Of a stretch of 64,000 nt of DNA, positions 41,278-52,056 are shown piece after piece; position 1 is the first letter of the stretch; each line of letters opens with the position of its first letter. The position numbers were made by a program, and so were the translations under genes. Source of the stretch: an uncultured delta proteobacterium (GTDB lineage: Bacteria > Desulfobacterota > Desulfuromonadia > Geobacterales > Pseudopelobacteraceae); assembly GCA_963772835.1 (NCBI GenBank), contig CAVYYZ010000011.1:256001-320000 (forward strand). The letters run 5' to 3'. Under the pieces are notes generated by a model. That model worked only from the letters and a program-made list of their open reading frames with translations. It did not search any database and had not been told where the DNA came from.

Positions 41278-42663
41278 CTATCCTACCTCTGTATACTCGC
41301 GCACGCGAAATTCCGCCCCCAGTGATTCCGCTAGTACCCGGCAGGCTGTTACATCAATATCCGGTACCGTCACTATACTGGCAATAACCTGCGGAATGTG
41401 CGCCGATGCAGACCGTATAAAATCGCAAACGCCGGAAAAACCGGCTTCACCAAAGGGGGTGTTGCAGAGACGTCTGTACGTGGCGGAATCAGCGGCATTC
41501 AGACTTATGGAGATGCTGTCCACAAGGCCTGCCAGTTCCGGCAGGATGTTTTTACCATGTGCCAGGTTGGCCTGGCCATCGGTGTTAATACGCACGTGGT
41601 AGCCGCGCAATTTGAGGACGCCAGCCACCTGTTTGACCAGGTCCAACCGGATCAGTGGCTCTCCGTAGCCGCAAAATACCACTTCATCAATCCCTTCCGG
41701 TTGACCGATTGCTGCAATTATTTCTTCAAAGGTAGGTTCCGCCTCGAGTAGCAGGTTATGTCCCTTTACCGTGAAGTCGTCGAATTTTGCACAGAAGGAA
41801 CATCGGTTTGAACAGCGGTTGGTGATATTCAGATACAACGAGTTGCGAATTCTGTAGGCAATCTTGGTCGATTGGTCCCAGAGGCGTATGCCGAATAGGT
41901 CACCGGCATTCTTGGTTGTGATCCGGGCAACATCATCCAGGGTCAACCCTTTTAATTCGGCGAGTTTTTCGGCAGCCAACCGCGCATATGCCGGTTCGTT
42001 GCGTTTTCCACGATGTGGAACCGGAGTCAGGTAAGGGCAGTCAGTCTCAACCATCATGTGGTCTATGCTGACTGACCGTACGACTTCCTGCAGGCTTTGG
42101 TTACCGGGGTACGTGATTGTTCCGGGTATTGATATATGGAATCCGAGCGAGATCGCTTCGGAAGCCATAGCGGCATCTCCTGAAAAACAGTGCAGGACGC
42201 CTTTTCGTACCGACTCCTCTCGAATAATTGTCATGACACGGATATGAGCATCGCGATCATGTATGATAACCGGTTTGTCCAGTTCTGCTGCAATCCGGAG
42301 AAAACGGCGAAAAACCAACTCCTGCAGATCTCGCGGAGAACGGTCGCGGTAGAAATCAAGACCTATCTCACCGATGGCAACAACCTTGAGACTTGAGACA
42401 GCAAGGTCCCTGATGATTGTGTAACAGGCATCGGTTACCCGCCCTGCGTCATGGGGATGAATGCCGACAGCTGCGTACAGTTGAGGGTATTTCTCTGCCA
42501 GTTTTACTGATTCCCAACTGGATTCAATATCGGTACCGACAACAAGAATGGCAGAAACACCTGCATCTTCAGCACGTTTCAGCATGTCGTCAAAGTCTCC
42601 GGCGTAGTCCCTGTAGTAAATATGTGCGTGGGAATCAATCAGGACATGTTTTTTATCCAACAT
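41278..42663 (-). CDS. TatD-family nuclease fused to C-terminal radical SAM domain
   Basis: DSHAH, GEIGLD, HCFSG, ETDCPYL, then LNITNRCSNRCSFC and GYGEP. Confidence 0.92.
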   Translation of the reverse strand: MLDKKHVLIDSHAHIYYRDYAGDFDDMLKRAEDAGVSAILVVGTDIESSWESVKLAEKYPQLYAAVGIHPHDAGRVTDACYTIIRDLAVSSLKVVAIGEIGLDFYRDRSPRDLQELVFRRFLRIAAELDKPVIIHDRDAHIRVMTIIREESVRKGVLHCFSGDAAMASEAISLGFHISIPGTITYPGNQSLQEVVRSVSIDHMMVETDCPYLTPVPHRGKRNEPAYARLAAEKLAELKGLTLDDVARITTKNAGDLFGIRLWDQSTKIAYRIRNSLYLNITNRCSNRCSFCAKFDDFTVKGHNLLLEAEPTFEEIIAAIGQPEGIDEVVFCGYGEPLIRLDLVKQVAGVLKLRGYHVRINTDGQANLAHGKNILPELAGLVDSISISLNAADSATYRRLCNTPFGEAGFSGVCDFIRSASAHIPQVIASIVTVPDIDVTACRVLAESLGAEFRVREYTEVG

Positions 42664-42665
42664 AA

Positions 42666-43463
42666 TTAAGCCTTTAATTCCTCTTTGAGACCTTCAATTA
42701 CTGCCTTGACTTCGCCAATCATGTCGGCAGCCTGGGAGGACTTTTCATGTCTGAGGTAGTTTTCAAAATGCAGAATTGCATCGCCCGTACGATCCTGGTC
42801 CATACAAATACCACCCAGTGTCAGGTACGCCATGCTGTAGGACGGGTCACACCGCACAGCTTCAATGCAGGCATCCTCGGCTTCTTCGAGTTCTTCCAGA
42901 TCATAATATAATTCGCCCAGATTAAAATGGGCAGCAGGATCTTCGGGATCAATTTCAACTCCTCTAGTGAAGGCAGCGACAGCACCTTCGACGTCTCCCT
43001 GACCATAAAGAGCATCTCCCAGAGCGTTGAGAGCGAAAACGTTATCCGCTTCAAGCTCGAGCGCCTGTCTAAATGCCCGGATAGCGTCTTCACATCGATC
43101 CTGACTGTTGTAGACCAGGCCGATACTCACGAGAGCATCAGCGTCTTTCGGGTCTATTTCGAGAACTTTTTTATAACAGCCCAGTGATTCTTTATGGTTG
43201 CCCGCTTCGAGCAGCATGTCCCCCAGTGTCGTCAGTGCATCGGCATCATCAGGGGCCAGATTGAGCCCTTCACGGTATCTGGCAATGGCATCTTCAAGGC
43301 GCCCGTCTTCAGCAAATGCATCGCCAAGATAAAACCAGCTGTCCGGTTGGTTTTTATTGCCTTCCCAATAAGCTTCGAAGAGAGAAATTGCCTGTTTTAC
43401 TTCTCCGCGATCGAGAAGATCAAGTCCCTTTTTAACTGTTGCGTCCAACTCAATATCACTCAT
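42666..43463 (-). CDS. Tetratricopeptide repeat protein
   Basis: Repeated 34-aa TPR-like units. Confidence 0.85.
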   Translation of the reverse strand: MSDIELDATVKKGLDLLDRGEVKQAISLFEAYWEGNKNQPDSWFYLGDAFAEDGRLEDAIARYREGLNLAPDDADALTTLGDMLLEAGNHKESLGCYKKVLEIDPKDADALVSIGLVYNSQDRCEDAIRAFRQALELEADNVFALNALGDALYGQGDVEGAVAAFTRGVEIDPEDPAAHFNLGELYYDLEELEEAEDACIEAVRCDPSYSMAYLTLGGICMDQDRTGDAILHFENYLRHEKSSQAADMIGEVKAVIEGLKEELKA

Positions 43464-43622
43464 GTTCTGTTCCCTTCATTGTCTATATTGTTTATAATTT
43501 CGAACAATATCATATCTGAGTTTAATCGGCAATTGATGCAATTATGCAACAATGAGTTTTAAACATATTTTATTTTATGCTAATATCGGCATGTCTGCCA
43601 CTGGAAAGGAATTTACGACAGT

Positions 43623-45860
43623 ATGAATGCCAGAGTTTCGATGGAAGAAAGGAAAAAAAGATATCGCGAAGCGATTATTATCGTTCTTGCCATCATTCTG
43701 ATTGTTTTTCTGACCCGTGCAGAGATCAGTCTGACCCAGCTAAGTGCAGGCGCCAAACTGGGAAGTAATATTGCTATTTTTGCTGTGATAAATGTAGTCA
43801 TTCTTCTCGTAATTTTACTTGTGTATCTGGTCAGCCGCAATATTGTAAAACTTTTTGTTGAAAGCCGGTCTAACCCCTTTGCAAAAAAACTGCGAACAAA
43901 ACTTGTCCTTTCATTTGTTGCCCTTTCTCTTGTGCCAACACTGTTGCTTTTTTTTGCCGCTGCCGGATTTATAAACAACACCGTTCATAACTGGTTTAAC
44001 GCTCAGGTAGAAACATCTTTAAGCGAGTCGCTTGAGGTCGCACAGACATACTACAAAAGTTCAGCATCGAATTCTCTCTATTACGGTAAACAGATCAGCA
44101 ACTTCATTAAAGATCAAAAACTGCTGAACGAGGCGAATCTCCCGCAGCTCAAAAAGCTGATCCATCAGAAACAGAGTGAATACAATCTCGGAGTGGTTGA
44201 GGTATACTCTGCTCAGCGAGAGGAGTTGGTCAGGGCCTCAAATCCGGCTGTTCCCAAAGGTGAATTTACTAATCCGACATCAGAAGATATCAAGCGAGGT
44301 CTTTCAGGAGAGGAGCTGACAAGGGTCAATCAGGCGGGAAAAGCCGATTTGATCCGGGGAATTGTGCCGGTCCGTTCGACATGGAACGAGTCTGATATTG
44401 TTGGAGTAGTTGTCGTAAATTATTATGTGCCGTATTCGCTTGTAAACAAAATGAAAGAGATCACCGAGTCATATCATGAATTTCGTCAACTCAAAATCCT
44501 GAAAAATCCAATCCGGGCCGGCTACATAATTACTCTTTTTTTAATTGCGATGGTCATTGTCTTTTTTGCATACTGGATGGGAGTCTATCTGGCAAACAGC
44601 ATGACCAAACCGCTTCAGGAACTTGTCGATGCAACCCATGCTGTCGCGGGTGGTAACCTAGATGTCCGGATTGAGTCCTATTCTGTTGATGAAATAGGTA
44701 TGCTGGTGCAATCATTTAATCTAATGACTGAAGACTTACGTACCAAGCAGTCCGCACTGAATATATCAAATCTCGAACTGCTTCGCAGTAATCAGGAAAT
44801 TGAGCGGCGTCAGCAGTACATGGAAATTGTTCTGCGTAATATTGCAGCTGGTGTTATTTCAATTGATAGTGAAGGAATATTACGAACAATAAACACCTCT
44901 GCCGAGCGTTTACTCGGATTAAGTGCCATAAATGTTCTGGGGAAAAATTTCCGCGACGTAATTATTGATAAACACCTCGAAATAGCCACTGACTCCATTA
45001 GAGACCTGTTGCAGTCGAAACAGGGGACGATCAGCAAGCAGGTTTTTCTCGATCTTCGTGGTTCTCGTATGGCTCTGCAGCTGCATTTAACTCTTCTGCG
45101 AGCCGGAAACGGTGAAATACTGGGTATGGTTGCAGTGCTTGATGACCTGACCCAGATGATGCGAGCTCAACGTATGGCCGCGTGGCGTGAGGTTGCCCGC
45201 AGAATAGCCCATGAAATTAAAAACCCTCTTACTCCGATACAGCTTTCTGCCCAACGTCTCAGAAAGCGATATCTTTCACGCTTTGATGACGATGAGAAGG
45301 TCTTTGACGAATGTACAGAAATGATTATTAAATCGGTTGATGATCTGAAAAATCTAGTCAATGAATTTTCAAATTTTGCCCGTTTGCCGGCTATTCAACC
45401 TGAACCAAACGATCTTAACGGTTTGATTCGAGAGTCATTGACACTGTATCAGGAAGCACATAGGGGCGTTCAATTCAAATTCACTATGGATTCCAGGATG
45501 CCGAAATTGATGATTGACCGCGATCAAATCAAGCGTGTGCTGATCAATATACTTGAAAATGCCGTCGCTGCCATGTCAGAGCAGGGGATTGTAACCATTA
45601 CAACGGTCTTTGATGATGTTCTGAAAATGGCGACCATAAACATTGCTGATAATGGTCCAGGTATTTCAGCGGGAGATAAACCGCGTTTGTTTGAACCCTA
45701 CTTTTCAACCAAAAAGAGCGGTACTGGTCTTGGTTTGGCCATAGTGAGCAGTATAGTGACAGATCATGGCGGTTTTGTACGAATTCGTGACAATATGCCG
45801 CACGGAGCCGTATTCATAGTAGAGTTGCCCGTAGGATTAAATGCAGGAATAAATATTTGA
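43623..45860 (+). CDS. NtrY-like HAMP/PAS sensor histidine kinase
   Basis: AAWREVARRIAHEIKNPLTPIQLSA, DNGPG, GTGLGL. Confidence 0.9.
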   Translation: MNARVSMEERKKRYREAIIIVLAIILIVFLTRAEISLTQLSAGAKLGSNIAIFAVINVVILLVILLVYLVSRNIVKLFVESRSNPFAKKLRTKLVLSFVALSLVPTLLLFFAAAGFINNTVHNWFNAQVETSLSESLEVAQTYYKSSASNSLYYGKQISNFIKDQKLLNEANLPQLKKLIHQKQSEYNLGVVEVYSAQREELVRASNPAVPKGEFTNPTSEDIKRGLSGEELTRVNQAGKADLIRGIVPVRSTWNESDIVGVVVVNYYVPYSLVNKMKEITESYHEFRQLKILKNPIRAGYIITLFLIAMVIVFFAYWMGVYLANSMTKPLQELVDATHAVAGGNLDVRIESYSVDEIGMLVQSFNLMTEDLRTKQSALNISNLELLRSNQEIERRQQYMEIVLRNIAAGVISIDSEGILRTINTSAERLLGLSAINVLGKNFRDVIIDKHLEIATDSIRDLLQSKQGTISKQVFLDLRGSRMALQLHLTLLRAGNGEILGMVAVLDDLTQMMRAQRMAAWREVARRIAHEIKNPLTPIQLSAQRLRKRYLSRFDDDEKVFDECTEMIIKSVDDLKNLVNEFSNFARLPAIQPEPNDLNGLIRESLTLYQEAHRGVQFKFTMDSRMPKLMIDRDQIKRVLINILENAVAAMSEQGIVTITTVFDDVLKMATINIADNGPGISAGDKPRLFEPYFSTKKSGTGLGLAIVSSIVTDHGGFVRIRDNMPHGAVFIVELPVGLNAGINI

Positions 45861-45899
45861 CTATTGCCGCTGTGATTTAAATGATGATGAGGAGTTGTT

Positions 45900-47270
45900 A
45901 TGTACCACACAGTACTGATTATTGATGATGAAAAGGATATCAGAACCGCACTTACCGGGATTCTTGAAGATGAGGGGTATCAAGTCCTGAATGCGGAAAG
46001 TGGCGCCGAAGGTCTCGAAATTGCCCAACAGGAACTTCCTGACCTGATTCTTCTAGATATCTGGATGCCGGGCATGGATGGTCTGGAAGTTCTCGGAATT
46101 CTCAAGAAAGAGCTTCCACAGGTGACTGTCATCATGATTTCCGGACATGGAACGATTGAAACAGCGGTTCGTGCTACTAAGTTGGGTGCTTTTGATTTTA
46201 TCGAAAAGCCGCTTTCACTCGAAAAAGTGCTGATCAGTGTTGCCAATGCATTGCAGTTGCAGGAATTAAAAGTACAAAATGCCGAACTCAAGCGTTCAGT
46301 TTCTGACGATTCTGAAATTATCGGCGAATCTTCTGAAATTATATCCGTTCGGGAGCAAATCAGGCGAGTATCATCAATATCCGCTCCAGTGCTGATTAGC
46401 GGAGAAAACGGTACCGGGAAGGAATTGATAGCATGCTCAATACATTGTAGCAGTCCGAGACGTGAACGACCTTTTATAACGGTACATTGCTCGGCCATTC
46501 CTGAAGAACTTATCGAAAGTGAGCTGTTCGGCCATGAAAAAGGTGCATTTAACGGCGCGATGTCACACAAGAAAGGGCGTTTTGATCAGGCTGACGGCGG
46601 CACACTGCTTTTGGATGAAATAAGCGAACTGCCATTGTCCACCCAAATAAAAATTCTTCGATTTATTCATGATGGCCGTTTTGAGCGAGTCGGCGGTAAC
46701 CGTCGAATTTCTGCAGACATTCGTTTAATTGCAGCTTCCTCCAGGTCACTGGAGCTGGATATGGCGGCGGGCAGATTCAGTTCTGATCTTTTTTATCAAT
46801 TGAGCACCATACCGCTTCGGGCTCCGGCTTTACGTGATCGTTTGGAAGATGTCGGGGCTCTCGTCCAGCATTTTGTTGCTCAATTTTTTCGTCGGGAAGG
46901 AGGAGAAGCAAAGGCTTTTCTACCCGATGCGATTTGCAGACTCCAGAGATATTCGTGGCCTGGCAATCTCCGCGAATTAAAGAATGTTGTGGAGCGGTTA
47001 CTTATCATGACACCTGGACGTGTTCTTTCTGCCGATGATATTCCCCGTTTTTCTGGAGAGCCGGAAGCACCTCTCCCCTCAATGGGTGGAGCTCTTTCGC
47101 GGTCAGCGTTGCGGGACGCCCGGGAGGAATTTGAGCGCGAGTTCATTATTCACAAACTGGAGGAAAACGACTGGAATATTTCCCGCACTGCTGAACTGAT
47201 TGACCTGGAACGGAGCAATTTACATCGTAAAATAAAAAGTTACGGGATAGATGTACGGAGACAATATTAA
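45900..47270 (+). CDS. NtrX-like response regulator (REC-AAA-Fis HTH) with degenerate sigma54-activation motifs
   Basis: LDIWMP, GENGTGKE, GAFNGA, WPGNLREL, C-terminal HTH. Confidence 0.88.
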   Translation: MYHTVLIIDDEKDIRTALTGILEDEGYQVLNAESGAEGLEIAQQELPDLILLDIWMPGMDGLEVLGILKKELPQVTVIMISGHGTIETAVRATKLGAFDFIEKPLSLEKVLISVANALQLQELKVQNAELKRSVSDDSEIIGESSEIISVREQIRRVSSISAPVLISGENGTGKELIACSIHCSSPRRERPFITVHCSAIPEELIESELFGHEKGAFNGAMSHKKGRFDQADGGTLLLDEISELPLSTQIKILRFIHDGRFERVGGNRRISADIRLIAASSRSLELDMAAGRFSSDLFYQLSTIPLRAPALRDRLEDVGALVQHFVAQFFRREGGEAKAFLPDAICRLQRYSWPGNLRELKNVVERLLIMTPGRVLSADDIPRFSGEPEAPLPSMGGALSRSALRDAREEFEREFIIHKLEENDWNISRTAELIDLERSNLHRKIKSYGIDVRRQY

Positions 47271-48610
47271 TGCTGTCAGCCTTTAAAATCCGCTCTGCCA
47301 AGCTGCTGCTCTGCGTCATATTAGTTGCAACTGCCAGCATAGCCGCTCTTTTCTACGGTCGTTGGTACATACAAAATTCTACACCTGATATAAATTCGCT
47401 AAATCTATTACGCGAAGCGTATGCAGTTGTACTTGCAAACCATGTTGAAAAACCTGATCCTAAAAAACTGGTACTTAAAATGGTCGACGGTATGCTTGCC
47501 ACACTCGACCCGCATAGCGCCTATCTACCTCCCGAGCCATATCACGAGATGGAAGTTAATATGTCGGGTTCTTTTGGTGGTGTCGGTATTGAACTCGGTA
47601 CAAAAGAGGGCAAGTTGATGGTTATTGCCCCGATCGATGATACACCAGCCTTCCGGGCTGGAATACAGGCCAATGACCACATCTGGAAGATCGATGGTAC
47701 TTTGACTAATGGAATGAATATTTCTGCAGCTGTTAAGCTGATGCGGGGAGAGAAAGGGACACCGGTCACTCTGACCATAATCCGCTCAGAGAACTCCCGG
47801 CCGCTTATTATTAAACTTGTTCGCGACACAATAAAATTGAAAAGTCTGAAACCAAAATTGCTTGAATCAGGATATGGATACATCCGGATATCTCAGTTTC
47901 AGGAGCGTACCGGAAATGAGTTCAAAGAGGCGTTGCAAGAACTTCATACAAAATCCGGCGGATCTTTTAAGGGGTTGATTCTTGATCTGCGTTATAATCC
48001 TGGCGGCTTGATACATTCATGCGTCGAGGTAGTCAATTGCTTTCTCGGCGATGATATACACAATACTGCGATCGTTAGTACCCGGGGACGATCGCCCGAA
48101 TCCAATCGAGTATACAATGCGACGTTGGGAAATAAGGAACCAAGATACCCGATTGTAGTACTTATTAACGGCGGAAGTGCCAGCGCATCCGAAATTGTTG
48201 CCGGAGCTCTGCAGGACCATAAACGTGCAATCATTATGGGCACACAGAGTTTCGGTAAAGGGTCTGTTCAATCAATCTTTCCGATGAGGGGTAATGCCGC
48301 TCTCAAGCTGACAACCGCTCGCTATTATACTCCGAGTGGCCGTTCAATTCAGGCCAAAGGGATTGTTCCGGATGTAGAGGTGCCAAACATAATTCCGTTG
48401 CCGGTAAAAGAGAAGGGTATGGAGGTCACGGAGAAAAATCTGGAAAGGAGTTTTGCTTCTGAAGACAAGGAGGTCGCTCCGCAACCAAAGTTTCAAGAGT
48501 CGCTTCATGGTGCAGCAGCCAAAGATACTGACCTGCGGAAAGATTATCAGCTTAGTCGGGCAGTCGAGTTGTTGCATTCCCTCACATTACTGAAGGAAAA
48601 AGGGTATTAA
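47270..48610 (+). CDS. S41 carboxyl-terminal processing protease (CtpA-like)
   Basis: LDPHS, PDZ domain, DLRYNPGG, SASASE, FGKGSVQ. Confidence 0.92.
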   Translation: MLSAFKIRSAKLLLCVILVATASIAALFYGRWYIQNSTPDINSLNLLREAYAVVLANHVEKPDPKKLVLKMVDGMLATLDPHSAYLPPEPYHEMEVNMSGSFGGVGIELGTKEGKLMVIAPIDDTPAFRAGIQANDHIWKIDGTLTNGMNISAAVKLMRGEKGTPVTLTIIRSENSRPLIIKLVRDTIKLKSLKPKLLESGYGYIRISQFQERTGNEFKEALQELHTKSGGSFKGLILDLRYNPGGLIHSCVEVVNCFLGDDIHNTAIVSTRGRSPESNRVYNATLGNKEPRYPIVVLINGGSASASEIVAGALQDHKRAIIMGTQSFGKGSVQSIFPMRGNAALKLTTARYYTPSGRSIQAKGIVPDVEVPNIIPLPVKEKGMEVTEKNLERSFASEDKEVAPQPKFQESLHGAAAKDTDLRKDYQLSRAVELLHSLTLLKEKGY

Positions 48611-48633
48611 CCGCTCCCATATGCGACAGGTAA

Positions 48634-48864
48634 TCAGCTTAACCCGCGGTTTCTGAACACTCTCATCAGAAGAACTCCCATGATCGAGAGACAAAGACCA
48701 ACACAAAGGAGCAGGTAGCCTATTGACCGTCCTTCACCCCATCCCCACAGATCCTTGTTTTTCATGAAATATATCAAGGCAAAGCCGCCAAAAGTGCCGA
48801 CTCCTCCGATAATGTAGGCTGCAAAGGCAATAACTGCCAGACCGACTCCCTGTTTTTTAGCCAT
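48634..48864 (-). CDS. Small two-TM hypothetical membrane protein
   Basis: 76 aa, two hydrophobic helices, GAGG RBS, follows trpC. Confidence 0.65.
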   Translation of the reverse strand: MAKKQGVGLAVIAFAAYIIGGVGTFGGFALIYFMKNKDLWGWGEGRSIGYLLLCVGLCLSIMGVLLMRVFRNRGLS

Positions 48865-48882
48865 GTGTTACCTCTTACTCTC

Positions 48883-49689
48883 TCAGTCGTTCAATAATTC
48901 CCGCAGTTTTGCCCCAATATCACACTCCCGCATCAATGCTTCACCGATCAGAAATGCACCGGCTCCTTCGCCCTGCAGCCGGACTATATCAGTACGACTA
49001 TTGATGCCGCTTTCAGTTACCAGCAGACGATCTGCAGAGATCATGAGGGCCAGACGACCGGTTGTTCCAAGATCGGTCTCAAATGTCCTCAAATTTCGAT
49101 TGTTGACGCCAATAAGAGTGCAGTCGGTTTTTAAAGCTTTTTCCATCTCTGCTTCATCGTGAACTTCGAGCAGTACATCAAGATTAATGTCTTTAGCTAT
49201 AGCATAAAACTCGCGCAACTGGTTCAGATCAAGTATTGATGCGATTAACAGTATCGCATCAGCTCCTGCGGCACGAGCCTCAAATATCTGGTATGGATTA
49301 CAGATGAAGTCCTTGCGCAAAAGAGGCAGGGATACCGTCTCACGAATAAGAGACAGGTAACGTAAATGCCCCATGAAAAAAGTTTCGTCGGTCAGTACCG
49401 AGAGACAGGTCGCGCCATTTTGTTGGTAAACCTCTGCAATCTCTATTGGATCAAAGTTTTCGCGGATAACTCCCTTACTCGGCGATCCCTTCTTGACTTC
49501 GGCAATGATTGCCGTCCAGTCTGAAGCAGCCGCTTCGCGCAGATGACGTTCAAAACCGCGTGGAAGATCCTCGAGGTCGCTGATGCGGGACTTTAGTTCG
49601 CTGATGGGTGCGATTGCCATTGTGGCTGCAATCTCTTTTAATTTGTGGGCGACAATTTTCTTAAGGATGTCGGGCGTATCGGTAGTCAT
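48883..49689 (-). CDS. trpC: Indole-3-glycerol phosphate synthase
   Basis: IAEVKKGSPSKG, LRKDF, GVNNRNL, ESGI. Confidence 0.96.
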   Translation of the reverse strand: MTTDTPDILKKIVAHKLKEIAATMAIAPISELKSRISDLEDLPRGFERHLREAAASDWTAIIAEVKKGSPSKGVIRENFDPIEIAEVYQQNGATCLSVLTDETFFMGHLRYLSLIRETVSLPLLRKDFICNPYQIFEARAAGADAILLIASILDLNQLREFYAIAKDINLDVLLEVHDEAEMEKALKTDCTLIGVNNRNLRTFETDLGTTGRLALMISADRLLVTESGINSRTDIVRLQGEGAGAFLIGEALMRECDIGAKLRELLND

Positions 49690-49707
49690 GTGAAGATATT
49701 CTCCCTA

Positions 49708-50763
49708 TTACTGCACATTAGTCAACATCGCCAGCTTTTCCAGTTGCTGCAATGCCCGGCCAGAATCGATAGACTCGGCAGCCAGAATCATACCTTCTGC
49801 CGGTGTGGAAGCTTTTCCTGCGGCCACAAGAGCAAAACCGGCATTCAGGAGGACAATATCTCTCCGCGGTCCCCGTCCACCGCCAAGTACGATTTTTACT
49901 ATCTCGGCGTTAGCAAATGCATCGCCGCCTTTGAGGTCAGCCATCGTACAGCGAGTAAAGCCAAACTGCTCCGGAGTGATGCTACTCAGCGTGACACCAG
50001 CCTGAGTAACCTCAGCTACCATGGTTTCACCGGTTAAAGTCATCTCGTCCATGCCGTCTGAGCCATGAACCACAAAACCGTGGCGGCATCCCAACTTGTG
50101 TAGAACACCGGCAAGTTTTTCTACCAGATCATCACGATAGACCCCCATCACCTGACAGTCGGCTTTGGCAGGGTTGGTCAAAGGACCTAGGATATTAAAA
50201 ATTGTACGGATGCCTATCTCTCGACGCGGGCCGATGGCATGTTTCATTGCACCATGCAGAGCGGGGGCAAAGAGGAAGCCTATACCGATCTGGTCAATGC
50301 AGCTCTCTACCGTTATGGGTGGTACCTCCAGATTGATGCCAAGTCTCTCCAGCACGTCTGCACTTCCGCACGCTGAAGATACCGAGCGGTTGCCATGTTT
50401 CGCTACCTTGACACCGCAGGCTGATACAACGAAGGCCACGGTTGTTGAAATGTTAAAGGTGTTGGTACCGTCTCCGCCGGTTCCGACTACATCCAGAATA
50501 GTTTCCCGGTCAATATTGATATCGTCACGGTCAATCCCCAGCACCCCTTTACCAACATTGATCGGTGTGGCCCGCTCCCGCATGACGCGTGCCGCGCCGG
50601 TAATCTCCTCGACAGTTTCACCTTTCATTCGAAGGGCGGTAATGAATGCACCGATCTGGGACGGGGTGCACTCACCAGACATTATCTGATTCATAACCTC
50701 GATCATCTCGCCTTCGGTCAGATCTTCACGGTCGACAACTTTAGCGATGGCTTTTTTTATCAT
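49708..50763 (-). CDS. trpD: Anthranilate phosphoribosyltransferase
   Basis: [34 protein letters not shown]. Confidence 0.96.
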   Translation of the reverse strand: MIKKAIAKVVDREDLTEGEMIEVMNQIMSGECTPSQIGAFITALRMKGETVEEITGAARVMRERATPINVGKGVLGIDRDDINIDRETILDVVGTGGDGTNTFNISTTVAFVVSACGVKVAKHGNRSVSSACGSADVLERLGINLEVPPITVESCIDQIGIGFLFAPALHGAMKHAIGPRREIGIRTIFNILGPLTNPAKADCQVMGVYRDDLVEKLAGVLHKLGCRHGFVVHGSDGMDEMTLTGETMVAEVTQAGVTLSSITPEQFGFTRCTMADLKGGDAFANAEIVKIVLGGGRGPRRDIVLLNAGFALVAAGKASTPAEGMILAAESIDSGRALQQLEKLAMLTNVQ

Positions 50764-50831
50764 TTTTGTACCTCCATACGAAAAGAGGGGATGTTGCCAT
50801 CCCCTCACGGTTGTTATGTCAGCAAGAGGAA

Positions 50832-51983
50832 TTATGCCTCTGCTTTGATCTTTCGGATAGCCTCACGAATCAAGGCTTCAGCCAGATCAGGAACCACTTC
50901 CCAAACGATTCGCTGTATGATTTCCTTTGATGCGTTAGATATGGCAGCTTTTAATTGTTCTTCTGTCAGAGAATCGGGACGAGTGCTTACGACGGGGGTT
51001 GGTATTTCAGTGAAAGTTTTTGATTCCAGCGCGGTCGATTCTTCATAGGTCGGAAGCTGAGTGGCAATATCGGCTAAATCAGGAGCAGAAACGGTGAATT
51101 CCGGATCCTGGACTGGTGAGAAAACCGGTGTTCCCGGAGTTGTTGTGTTATTTTCAAAAGCAATATCACCAAAAGATGATTCCTGGTCCGGGACCATCTG
51201 CTCCGTCAAGGTCCTCAGAGGAGGGACAGCAACTGTTTCTTCTTCGAATTCAAACGTGTTTTCCTCAACCGGTACCCATTTGGATCCGGTATGTTGTGGC
51301 GATATATTTGCCGGAACAGAGGTGTTTAGAAGCTGCGCATCATTTTCTTCGGTGACTATAGCAAATACATCCGGTTCAAACTCTACTGCAGAAGTAGCTG
51401 AATCTGCAGTAGTGACATTTGGTTCAACTGACGTTTCAACCTCAGGTGTAAAGGCCCCCCATATATCATCCGGAACTGCTGGTTGTGAAACTTCTGGCTG
51501 ATGGATACTATCCGGCGCCACAAAAACGGCAGCAGTAACTTCAGGAGCTTGTTCGCTGAACATTTCAAGGCCATGTTGCGGAGGTGAGATAAACGATGCT
51601 GCTTCTCTGGAGGCTCCTAATTCCAGGAGCGCCTTTACTTTGGCGATTATTTGCTGCGACTCAAACGGTTTGGATATAAAATCATCAGCGCCGCTTTTTT
51701 TTGCTTTTTCCTCGTCAAATGCTTCAAATGATCCTGTCAGGATTAAAATTGGTTTGGCAGCCAGAGAGGGAGTCGAGCGCACAGCTTCCGCCACTTCGAA
51801 ACCGGTCATTCCGGGCATCAGAGCATCGATCAGTAAAATATCCGGATTGATTTCATGTGCCTTATCAACAGCGGCTTTGCCGTTATCAACGATTGTTAGA
51901 GAGTATTCGTCTCCTCCAAAAATTATACCGATTACTTTCTGGATGGTGATACTGTCGTCGGCGACCAGCACTTTAATGCTCAT
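50832..51983 (-). CDS. RomR-like response regulator (receiver, acidic/Pro-rich linker, conserved C-terminal helix)
   Basis: VADDS receiver; C-terminus [24 protein letters not shown]. Confidence 0.78.
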   Translation of the reverse strand: MSIKVLVADDSITIQKVIGIIFGGDEYSLTIVDNGKAAVDKAHEINPDILLIDALMPGMTGFEVAEAVRSTPSLAAKPILILTGSFEAFDEEKAKKSGADDFISKPFESQQIIAKVKALLELGASREAASFISPPQHGLEMFSEQAPEVTAAVFVAPDSIHQPEVSQPAVPDDIWGAFTPEVETSVEPNVTTADSATSAVEFEPDVFAIVTEENDAQLLNTSVPANISPQHTGSKWVPVEENTFEFEEETVAVPPLRTLTEQMVPDQESSFGDIAFENNTTTPGTPVFSPVQDPEFTVSAPDLADIATQLPTYEESTALESKTFTEIPTPVVSTRPDSLTEEQLKAAISNASKEIIQRIVWEVVPDLAEALIREAIRKIKAEA

Positions 51984-52056
51984 CGAACCCTCCCTTGCTG
52001 AATGGATACGCAAGAATAATTAATGCGGAAACAACTATCACAGGCGCAATAACGTG

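Noticed and set aside
41143..41300. tRNA-His as an island integration site
   Set aside because: No integrase and no duplicated tRNA 3' end seen; a terminator and housekeeping genes follow directly.
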